From an uncultured Acidobacteriota bacterium (GTDB lineage: Bacteria; Acidobacteriota; Vicinamibacteria; Vicinamibacterales; 2-12-FULL-66-21): a stretch of DNA of 64,000 nucleotides. The position numbers and the translations under genes were made by a program. Location: assembly GCA_963797715.1 (NCBI GenBank), contig CAWCQS010000013.1, positions 350,855 through 414,854 of the forward strand, read 5' to 3'. The notes under the pieces are model-generated. The model was not told the origin of the DNA and ran no database searches. It saw only the letters and a program-made list of their open reading frames with translations. Shown here in pieces: positions 57,271 through 64,000 of this stretch (the first letter of the stretch is position 1; each line of letters begins with the position of its first letter).

Positions 57271-57376
57271 CTGAAAGCTGACAGCTGATCAGCTCTCAGC
57301 TCTCAGCTCTCAGCTCTCAGCTCGTCCGAACTGAGAACTCCTAGCTGACAGCTGACAGCTGAGAGCTGAGAGCTGT
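57271..57376. repeat. About 15 consecutive heptamers: (CAGCTCT)5 facing (AGCTGAC)2(AGCTGAG)2, plus a CTGAAAG/CTGACAG/CTGATCA lead-in. Together they form a long imperfect inverted repeat.
   Basis: Read directly. It fills almost the entire 124-nt divergent intergenic region between ATG 57263 (minus strand) and ATG 57388 (plus strand). Confidence 0.85.
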
Positions 57377-57387
57377 AAAATCCCCCC

Positions 57388-58734
57388 ATGAAGCGTAGTG
57401 TGCGATCGGTTTACCTCTGCGTTGGGTTGTCCCTCTTGTGCGTCGCCTCGATCTCGGCCGACTGGACCAACTGGCGCGGGCCGAATGGGAACGGTGTGGC
57501 GCCCGATCGGACCCTGCCGGTTCGATGGAGCGCAACCGAGAACGTCGCGTGGAAGGCACCCATCGCTGGCGCCGGCGTTTCGACGCCAATCGTGAGCGGC
57601 GATCGAGTCTACGTCACATCGCAAATCGGCGCGGGGGTTCGGCGCGAGGGCACTCACCCGCGGCTCGTGCAGGGGTCGGACGCGGCCGCGCAAGGCGAGC
57701 GCGCGCTCTCAATCGACAGCGCGGGGTCCGACCCCGCGCGCACCGTTTTCGTTGTCGAGGCAATCAATCGCGCCACGGGTGCTCGCATCTGGGAGCGGCG
57801 GATCGATGCCGTCGGCGAACTCACGCCCGTGCATGACAAACACAACCTCGCCACGCCCAGCCCTGTCACCGATGGCAATCTCGTCGTCGCATGGTTCGGG
57901 ACCGGCCAGGTCGTCGCGCTCGATCGGTCGGGTGCGGTCGTGTGGCAGCGGCACCTCGCAAAAGAGAACGGGGCGTTCGACATCCAGTGGGGCCACGGCA
58001 CTTCGCCGGTGATCCACGGCGACCTCGTGATCCTGCTGTGCGACCAGCCGGCCCGGTCGTACCTGCTCGCCGTCGACAAGGCCACCGGCAAGGATCGGTG
58101 GAAAACGGACCGTGGTCAGGGACGCGCGTCGTACAGCACACCGCTCGTGGTGGAAGGATCGTTTGGCGCTGAAGTCATCGTGAACTCCACCGAGCGGATC
58201 GACGCCTACGATGTCAAGACGGGCGCGTTTCTCTGGCACACCGGCGAGACGAGCCGCTTTGCCGTGCCGTCGCCGGTGTTCCACGACGGCGTGATCTATG
58301 CCAGCCGCGGCTATCGCAGCGGGCCGTACATGGCGATCAAGCCAGGCGGGCGCGGTGACGTGTCAGCGACGCAAACGGTCTGGAAGATCGCCACCGGTGC
58401 GCCGTACTGCTCATCGCTGCTCTATTACGACGGGATCGTCTACATGGCGAACGACGTCGGCGTGTTGACGGCCGTTGCGGCAGCGACCGGTGACCGCGTG
58501 TGGCAGGAGCGTGTCGACGGCGTCTTCTCGGCATCGCCGGTCGCCGGAGGCGGGCACGTGTACTTCCTCGGCGAGGGCGGGGAGACGGTGGTCCTGAAGG
58601 CTGGTGCGAAGGACCGCCCGCCGGCAATCGTCGCGAGCAACGACCTCGGTGAACGCGCGATCGCGTCGCCGGCCATCTCGAACGGTCAGATCTTCATCCG
58701 CACCGACAAGCACGTCTTCGCCATCGGCCGCTGA
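57388..58734 (+). CDS. PQQ-like beta-propeller repeat protein, secreted
   Basis: Signal peptide, ADWTNWRGPNGNGVA.., and repeated ..G..VYV.. / ..ATG..W.. blades. Confidence 0.75.
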   Translation: MKRSVRSVYLCVGLSLLCVASISADWTNWRGPNGNGVAPDRTLPVRWSATENVAWKAPIAGAGVSTPIVSGDRVYVTSQIGAGVRREGTHPRLVQGSDAAAQGERALSIDSAGSDPARTVFVVEAINRATGARIWERRIDAVGELTPVHDKHNLATPSPVTDGNLVVAWFGTGQVVALDRSGAVVWQRHLAKENGAFDIQWGHGTSPVIHGDLVILLCDQPARSYLLAVDKATGKDRWKTDRGQGRASYSTPLVVEGSFGAEVIVNSTERIDAYDVKTGAFLWHTGETSRFAVPSPVFHDGVIYASRGYRSGPYMAIKPGGRGDVSATQTVWKIATGAPYCSSLLYYDGIVYMANDVGVLTAVAAATGDRVWQERVDGVFSASPVAGGGHVYFLGEGGETVVLKAGAKDRPPAIVASNDLGERAIASPAISNGQIFIRTDKHVFAIGR

Positions 58735-58748
58735 AGGCACGGCGGACG

Positions 58749-60542
58749 CTAAGACGCTTCGGCCTTGCGCCGTGATTTGGAGGCCGGCTTTTTCTCCTCG
58801 CCATTCACGATCGCTGCGAGGTCGTGCGCAAACGGTGTGTCGCCGTCGGAGTCGAGCACAGCCCCGATGCGATCGTCGAAGAGCGACGCCGCGGCCGAGC
58901 CTTCGAGCGCCGCGCGCTGCGCGTAGAGCTGCCTGGCGCACTCGATCGTGTCCTTCAGCCGCGATCGGCGCTCGGCATCGCCTTTTTCCGCCTGCGTGTC
59001 GGCGCTGTACATCTCTTGCGCCTCCTGCAGGAGCATCGCCGCATAGTCGCGCAGCTCGTTGAGCGTCTTGAGCTCCTGCGACAACCGCATCAGCAGCACA
59101 CCGGCGGTGCGAACCATCAACCGGGCAAAGCCGACGCTGGCCTCGTGGCCGGCGGGCCCGCGGTCGGAGAGCGGCTGATCCGAGTCCGCGTAGACAACCG
59201 CTAACGTCTCGCCCTGGAACGCGATCGGCATCGCCAGCGCAATGCTGGGCGTGCCGCCAAACGGCGCGCGGCTGCTGTCATCGAGTTCGCTGCCCACCAA
59301 CTGTTCGAAGCTGCCAGAGCCCGCCGCTCGGGTAATCAACGAGTCGACGCTCAGCGGCAGGACGAGCTTGGTGATGTCGGTCTGCTGGTCGAAGCCGATC
59401 TGATCCTCTCCCTCGAGACGATTGGCCTTGACGCGGAAGAGCGCGACACGCGAGAACTCGCCGGCAAGATGCCGCACCAGCGCCGCGAAGAGATCGTTGA
59501 TAGTCGTCTTCTCGGACAACTCGTCGACGGCCTGGCTCGACGATTCGAGGATCGACGCCATGCGCGCCACGTCGTCCCGCATGGCGCTGTCGTCGGCCAT
59601 CCCATGCACCCCATGGAGATCCGACTCGCCGGCGCGCGCGGCGAGCTCTGCCCTGAGCGCCTCGGCCGAATCATTCGCGGTGCCGAGGGCCTTCTCGAGC
59701 TGCCGTACACGATCTTCGTGCGCTGACTGGTTCCGTTCGAGTGTCTGGATGCGAGCGCGGCTGGCCTCGAGCTGCGCCGAGATGGCCTCGCGCTGCGTCC
59801 GGGCGGCGTCGAGCTCCGCCTGGGCGGCGCTGAGGTCGGCGGCCAGCATGCCCTTCTCGGCAGCATTGGCGTCGAGCTCCATCCCCAGCCGGGCGGCTTG
59901 CGCCACCGAGGCGTCGAGTACCGCACGAATGTCGGCGAGCTCGGCCTCGGCCGTCGCCGCGGCAATGGCGAGTCGCTTGGACTCACCTTCCGCCTGGACC
60001 CTGGCGGCGTCGACGTTGGCGTGCGCCTCGATCGCCGCATCGAGATCGCGGTCGACCGATTCGGCGCGTTCCGTCTCGCGCTGAAGGTCGGCGCGCAGCG
60101 TTTCGATCTGGCCGCGCGCATCGCCGAGCTCGGAGCGCAGCCCGTGAATCTGGCCGCGCGCGTCGGCGAGCTCGCCGCGGAGCGACTCCGCCTGACCGTG
60201 AACCTCAGCCAGCTCACGGCGAACGGTGTCGGTTTGCGCGTGCGCGTCGGCCAGGTCGGTACGGTGCTGTTCGGCCTGCGTTTCGGCCTCTGCAAGATCC
60301 GCCAACAGGATGTCCGCCTGTGCCTGCACTTCGGCGAGTGACTCCGTCAGCCGCTCGCCGCGTTCGCGCTCCCCTGCGAGCTCGGCATGTGCGGCGTCGA
60401 GCGCCGCTTGCGCCTCGACACGAGCGTGTTCGCCAGCGTCTTGAACCGACGTCAGCCGCTCGTTCAGCTGCGCGGCTTCGCTTCGTACCGACTCGAGCTC
60501 GCCCGACATCCGCGCCGCATCGGCAACGGTGGCATCGAGCAA
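58749..60542 (-). CDS. Long coiled-coil protein with C-terminal GAF-like domain, C-terminal fragment
   Basis: About 330 aa of Ala/Glu/Arg/Leu coiled coil is followed by ..LFAALVRHLAGEFSRVALFRVKANRLEGEDQIGF..ALAMPIAFQGETLAVVYADSD (GAF-like). Confidence 0.6.
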   Translation of the reverse strand: MLDATVADAARMSGELESVRSEAAQLNERLTSVQDAGEHARVEAQAALDAAHAELAGERERGERLTESLAEVQAQADILLADLAEAETQAEQHRTDLADAHAQTDTVRRELAEVHGQAESLRGELADARGQIHGLRSELGDARGQIETLRADLQRETERAESVDRDLDAAIEAHANVDAARVQAEGESKRLAIAAATAEAELADIRAVLDASVAQAARLGMELDANAAEKGMLAADLSAAQAELDAARTQREAISAQLEASRARIQTLERNQSAHEDRVRQLEKALGTANDSAEALRAELAARAGESDLHGVHGMADDSAMRDDVARMASILESSSQAVDELSEKTTINDLFAALVRHLAGEFSRVALFRVKANRLEGEDQIGFDQQTDITKLVLPLSVDSLITRAAGSGSFEQLVGSELDDSSRAPFGGTPSIALAMPIAFQGETLAVVYADSDQPLSDRGPAGHEASVGFARLMVRTAGVLLMRLSQELKTLNELRDYAAMLLQEAQEMYSADTQAEKGDAERRSRLKDTIECARQLYAQRAALEGSAAASLFDDRIGAVLDSDGDTPFAHDLAAIVNGEEKKPASKSRRKAEAS

Positions 60543-61072
60543 ACTACGGCTCTCGACGAGATTTTTTCTGCCTCCGCCCGCGCGGCTGACTGCTTTCTGA
60601 GTTCGGCCTCCGCTTCGACGCGTGAGGCGTCGACATGGGCGTGCGCTTCGATTGCCGCGTCGAGATCGCGGTCGAGCGACTCGGCCCGCTCGGTTTCCTT
60701 CTGCAGCTGCTCGCGCAAGGCGTCGGACTGCGCCTGGGCGTCGACCAGGTTGCTCGTGAGCCGCTCGTTCTCGCCGCGCTGGGCGTCGAGGTCCGCTTGC
60801 ACGCCCTCGAGCACCGCCTGGGCTTCTTTCTGGACCCTCTGCGCCGCGACCTTGGCCGCGGTGCCGGCCGCCGTGTTCAGGCGGCGGATGAGCTCCTGGA
60901 GGTCCTGGTCGGCCTCTGGCGTCGCCGTCCCCGCATCCTCTATAGAGCGTGTGGCGGCGTCGAAGGCCTCACGAAGACTGCGGAGGTGCTGTACAGACGC
61001 CTCTGTCTGGCTGGCGAGCAGCCGGGTGAACAGGGCGGCCGTTTCCTTTGCGGCGTAGTCGCGGAAATCCAT
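60464..61072 (-). CDS. N-terminal fragment of the same coiled-coil/GAF protein (genuine to about 60565)
   Basis: ..AEAEK|NLVESRSLLDATVADAARMSG.. is continuous if one A is added to the A6 run (plus-strand T6 at 60562-60567). Confidence 0.6.
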   Translation of the reverse strand: MDFRDYAAKETAALFTRLLASQTEASVQHLRSLREAFDAATRSIEDAGTATPEADQDLQELIRRLNTAAGTAAKVAAQRVQKEAQAVLEGVQADLDAQRGENERLTSNLVDAQAQSDALREQLQKETERAESLDRDLDAAIEAHAHVDASRVEAEAELRKQSAARAEAEKISSRAVVCSMPPLPMRRGCRASSSRYEAKPRS

Positions 61073-61205
61073 CGGGGTTGGTGGGCCTGCTGGCCTTGCA
61101 AACGGCGGGGCCGGGCCATCCGCGCGCGAAACGGCGTGTTTTTGAAAATCGCGCGCATTCGCTCATGACAATTCAGTCATGCACCTTGACGGTTTTGTAA
61201 CGGCT

Positions 61206-62099
61206 TCACTGCGCCAGCCGGACGCGTGCAACCACGGGAAAGTGGTCGGACGGGTAACGGTTGTTGCGGCTGGTTCGAATGATGTCGGCGCTCATGACCT
61301 CGGTGCCAGGCTGGACGAGCACGTAGTCGATCTTGTCTCCAGTGGTGGCGTCGAGCTTGAACCCGGTGAACGTGCCCACTGTCGCCGCATCCGGATAGCG
61401 CACGCGATACGTGTCGACGAACGCTGCGGCGGCTCCGGGTTCACCGCCGACGAGCGAGGTGAGCGCCGGGTTGCGCTCGCCGACGTTGAAGTCTCCGGTA
61501 ACGATCACCGGCTCGGCACTGAACGCCCGTGACTCGATGCGCTGCTTCAACAGCAACGCGCTGCGCTCGCGCGAGGGCTGAGACTCGTGGTCCAGGTGCA
61601 GGTTGAAATGGTAGAACCCGTGCCCGTCAGCGTCGATGAACCGCGTCCAGGTGCAGATTCGCGTGATGTTGTTGCCCCAGGACTTCGACGCCGGCACCGA
61701 CGGCGTATCGGAGAACCAGAACGTCCCCGCCTCGGCAATCCGCAGGCGGTCCTTGCGGAACAGGATCGCCGAAAACTCCCCCGCCCTCGCCGCATCGTCT
61801 CGTCCGACCCCAACGGCGGCGTAGCCGGGTACCGCGGCCAGGATCTCGTCGATCTGAAACGCGAGCGCTTCCTGGAGGCCAATGAGATCCGCGTTCTGCT
61901 CGCGAATGACGTCGAAGAGAAATTCGCGGCGCGCCGTCCAGTGGTTCTCGCCGTCCTTGGCCGTCCCGTAGCGGATGTTGAACGTCATCACGGTGAGCGG
62001 CTCGCGGGGCGCGACCTGCGCTGAGACGAGTGACGGCGCTGTCAACCACAGCGCAATGACGCTCGCGATTACGATTCGATGAGAGGTCGAAGGAAGCAT
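61206..62099 (-). CDS. Endonuclease/exonuclease/phosphatase (EEP) family protein, secreted
   Basis: Signal peptide MLPSTSHRIVIASVIALWLTAPSLVSAQ, ..VMTFNIRY.., ..IGLQE.., ..TGDFN.. and ..SDHFPV.. Confidence 0.8.
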   Translation of the reverse strand: MLPSTSHRIVIASVIALWLTAPSLVSAQVAPREPLTVMTFNIRYGTAKDGENHWTARREFLFDVIREQNADLIGLQEALAFQIDEILAAVPGYAAVGVGRDDAARAGEFSAILFRKDRLRIAEAGTFWFSDTPSVPASKSWGNNITRICTWTRFIDADGHGFYHFNLHLDHESQPSRERSALLLKQRIESRAFSAEPVIVTGDFNVGERNPALTSLVGGEPGAAAAFVDTYRVRYPDAATVGTFTGFKLDATTGDKIDYVLVQPGTEVMSADIIRTSRNNRYPSDHFPVVARVRLAQ

Positions 62100-62107
62100 G
62101 CGCCGAC

Positions 62108-62113
62108 ATTGTA
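62108..62113 (-). promoter_or_regulatory. Possible -10 box TACAAT, 8 nt upstream of ATG 62099 (leaderless candidate)
   Basis: The minus strand reads gcgcTACAATgtcggcgcATG. Confidence 0.35.
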
Positions 62114-62483
62114 GCGCCCGAGATGACGACAGCTTTAGCGGCGCGTGGGACATCCGCCGGAGCGAAGCGGTCGGCTCGGCGCTCCGCTTCGGGCCGTGGA
62201 AAAACCGTCCCTCCGCGGCTGGCCTTACGATGCGGCGTCGGCTGGGGTTGGCCGGGCGCCGGTAAAGCATCGGTTCGGCAACGAAGCCGAGTGACCGCTT
62301 GAGACAAAACGGCGCCGTTGACGATAGCTGCGGCGGTCCGAGGGCGCCTGACGACGGCTCCAGAAGCCAGCACCTACACGACGCGGCAGCGGCAGGGGAT
62401 CAGCGTAGGTCGCGTTCCCGGCGAGCGGAGCCGGTCCGGCCAGCCAGCCTCGTTGCGACATCCGCGGAAACGCTCGAACGGAG

Positions 62484-62489
62484 TACAAT
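62484..62489 (+). promoter_or_regulatory. Possible -10 box TACAAT, 16 nt upstream of ATG 62506
   Basis: ggagTACAATcttcgggctttagaccATG. Confidence 0.3.
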
Positions 62490-62505
62490 CTTCGGGCTTT
62501 AGACC

Positions 62506-63714
62506 ATGGCAGCCAACGTCGACTCCCCACGCGTCATCAACATCGCTGACCTCCGCCGGCTGGCCAAGGCGCGGCTCCCGAGAGTAGCCTTCGACTATAT
62601 AGACGGCGGCGCCGATGCCGAGGTCACCCTCCGCGAGAACTGCCGTGTTTTCGAGGACGTGCTGTTCCGGCCGCGCTGTGCGGTCTCGACGCCGTGCGAC
62701 TTGCGGACGCGCGTGCTCGGCCACGACCTCGCGTTGCCGTTTGCGCTGGCGCCGGTCGGCAGCAGCCGGATGTTCTACCCACGCGGCGAGGTCGTCGCGG
62801 CCGCTGCCGCCGGCGAAGCGGGAACCGCATACACCCTCTCCACCCTCTCCGGTTGCCGCGTCGACGAAGTCGGCGCCGGCACGAAAGGGCCACTCTGGTA
62901 TCAGCTCTATCTGGTTGGCGGCCGTGACGTCGCCACGGCCGGCCTCGAGCGCGCGATGAAAGCCGGTGCGTCTGCGCTGTTCGTCACGATCGACACCGCC
63001 GTCGCTGGCCTACGCGAGCGCGACTTCCGGAACGGCACCAAGGAACTCCTCACCCGCAACCCGTGGACGATGCTGCCGTACGTGCACCAGTTTCTGCTGC
63101 GCCCGCGCTGGCTCGCCGGCTTCATTGGCGACGGCGGCCTGATGGACTTCCCCAACGTCGTCCTCAAGGACGGCCCGATGTCGTATGCCGACGTTGGCGC
63201 CGCGCTCGAGCAGTCCACCGTGTGTTGGGCGGATTTGAAGTGGATCCGCCAGATCTGGAAAGGGCCGATCGTCATCAAGGGTGTGATGATCGGCGACGAT
63301 GCCAGGCGAGCCGTGGACGAGGGTGCGGAAGGCGTTGTGGTCTCGAACCACGGAGGACGTCAGCTCGATTGCTGCTATCCGACGTTGCGTTCACTGCCCG
63401 AAGTCGTTGCGGCGGTGAACGGACGGTGTGAAGTGCTCCTCGACGGCGGCATTCGCCGCGGCACCGACATCGCCAAAGCGCTCTGCATGGGCGCGAAGGC
63501 GGTCCTTGTCGGACGCGCTTATGCCTATGGACTCGGTGCGGGCGGGCACGCCGGCGTCGCGCGTGCGATTCAGATTCTTCGCGCGGATTTAGTGCGAGCG
63601 CTGAAGCTGCTCGGGTGTCCGTCGGTCACCGAGCTCGACGAGTCCTACGTGACGTATCCCGCCGAGTGGCGGGGCCACACAACCTCCACGAAGTCGTACG
63701 CCGGGGTCAAGTAG
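62506..63714 (+). CDS. FMN-dependent alpha-hydroxy-acid dehydrogenase/oxidase (L-lactate/glycolate oxidase family)
   Basis: ..VSNHGGRQLD.., ..DGGIRRGTDI.KAL..GA.. and the N-terminal ..DYIDGGA..E.T. Confidence 0.85.
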   Translation: MAANVDSPRVINIADLRRLAKARLPRVAFDYIDGGADAEVTLRENCRVFEDVLFRPRCAVSTPCDLRTRVLGHDLALPFALAPVGSSRMFYPRGEVVAAAAAGEAGTAYTLSTLSGCRVDEVGAGTKGPLWYQLYLVGGRDVATAGLERAMKAGASALFVTIDTAVAGLRERDFRNGTKELLTRNPWTMLPYVHQFLLRPRWLAGFIGDGGLMDFPNVVLKDGPMSYADVGAALEQSTVCWADLKWIRQIWKGPIVIKGVMIGDDARRAVDEGAEGVVVSNHGGRQLDCCYPTLRSLPEVVAAVNGRCEVLLDGGIRRGTDIAKALCMGAKAVLVGRAYAYGLGAGGHAGVARAIQILRADLVRALKLLGCPSVTELDESYVTYPAEWRGHTTSTKSYAGVK

Positions 63715-63812
63715 CACGGATCACACCCGTGTGTTCCGTGACTTCCTTGGCGTACTCGACCGTGTACTCCGTGGCTTGTGTTAGCGGAAGCCACGGGATC
63801 GCCGCGGAAGAC

Positions 63813-64000
63813 TCACTGAAAGAACGGCCCTAATGAGATATAGAACCGGCCGCCGCCCTGAAAGCCGACGCTGCCGCCGAGGAACACCGGTCCGAGCAGC
63901 GTCTCGAGGATGAAGCCACCGGTGATGTCGCTCTTCCAGTCCTTCTCGTCCCAGTCGTTGAACGCCGATCCGGCCTCGACCCACGCGCCCAGGAAGACGC
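63813..64000 (-). CDS. C-terminal end of an Omp85/BamA-like beta-barrel domain protein (for example a patatin-associated barrel); the N-terminus lies outside the window
   Basis: The minus frame reads ..VFLGAWVEAGSAFNDWDEKDWKSDITGGFILETLLGPVFLGGSVGFQGGGRFYISLGPFFQ* (stop 63813-63815). The track ORF 63781..63984 is in another frame. Confidence 0.45.
   Translation of the reverse strand, partial: VFLGAWVEAGSAFNDWDEKDWKSDITGGFILETLLGPVFLGGSVGFQGGGRFYISLGPFFQ

Noticed and set aside
57271-57376. Heptamer arrays and the (PPT)n DNA repeat (22970-23139) as CRISPR arrays
   Set aside because: The units are 7-9 nt and directly tandem with no spacers, and there are no cas genes. The 22970-23139 repeat is coding.
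61125-61159. GCGCGCGA-N19-TCGCGCGC stem downstream of the EEP gene as a terminator
   Set aside because: The 19-nt loop is large and there is no U-tract on the relevant strand. It is possible but not supportable from sequence alone.
63781-63984. Track ORF at the right edge (minus strand)
   Set aside because: Another minus frame gives a protein-like barrel C-terminus ..GGRFYISLGPFFQ*. The listed frame is Arg-rich junk.
1-64000. Mobile element, prophage or genomic island
   Set aside because: No integrase, transposase, phage structural gene, tRNA attachment site or flanking long repeats were seen. Composition appears uniform by eye apart from short AT-richer intergenic stretches.

Overview
High-G+C bacterial chromosomal segment that is densely coding on both strands. 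I recognised no rRNA, tRNA, CRISPR array, transposase, integrase or phage gene. The gene content points to an Acidobacteriota-like organism, which is an inference: two FtsX/MacB-type 'ADOP' permeases (one behind a PadR regulator), a BlaI/BlaR1 pair with a long non-canonical sensor tail, an ECF sigma factor coupled to a Ser/Thr kinase, PQQ-like beta-propellers and a CocE/NonD hydrolase. The rest is housekeeping or metabolic: class A PBP, phosphatidylcholine synthase, FtsH, Lhr helicase with Nei glycosylase and a VKOR-like protein, FdhD, a DUF523/DUF1722 protein, a triple RidA protein with threonine dehydratase, amidase, cyclophilin, MltB-like transglycosylase, two sodium:solute symporters, GTP-PEPCK, PPK2, a flavin-halogenase-like enzyme with a HemN-like radical SAM enzyme, a CPA2 antiporter, HpcH aldolase and an FMN-dependent hydroxy-acid dehydrogenase. 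Three things stand out. (1) Well over a dozen conserved genes are interrupted by single-base frame shifts, several of them at homopolymers, and the shifts are most concentrated in the RidA/threonine dehydratase locus. This fits consensus errors and/or local gene decay, so many track ORFs are fragments of one gene. (2) Short tandem heptanucleotide arrays recur, mostly at or across stop codons. Their units are CTGAATG-, CAGCTCT-, CTAGCTC-, GCGAGCC- and GTCAGAC-type, and they often occur as inverted pairs that can fold into long hairpins. (3) Several gene architectures or pairings are non-standard: a BlaR1-like protein with a Pro/Thr linker and eight ~34-aa 'SDFE' repeats, a TM-GAF-Zn-ribbon-kinase, a SLATT-like 2TM gene, the halogenase-like plus radical SAM pair, and translationally coupled FdhD plus DUF523. 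All functional calls come from motif reading by eye; no database search was run.
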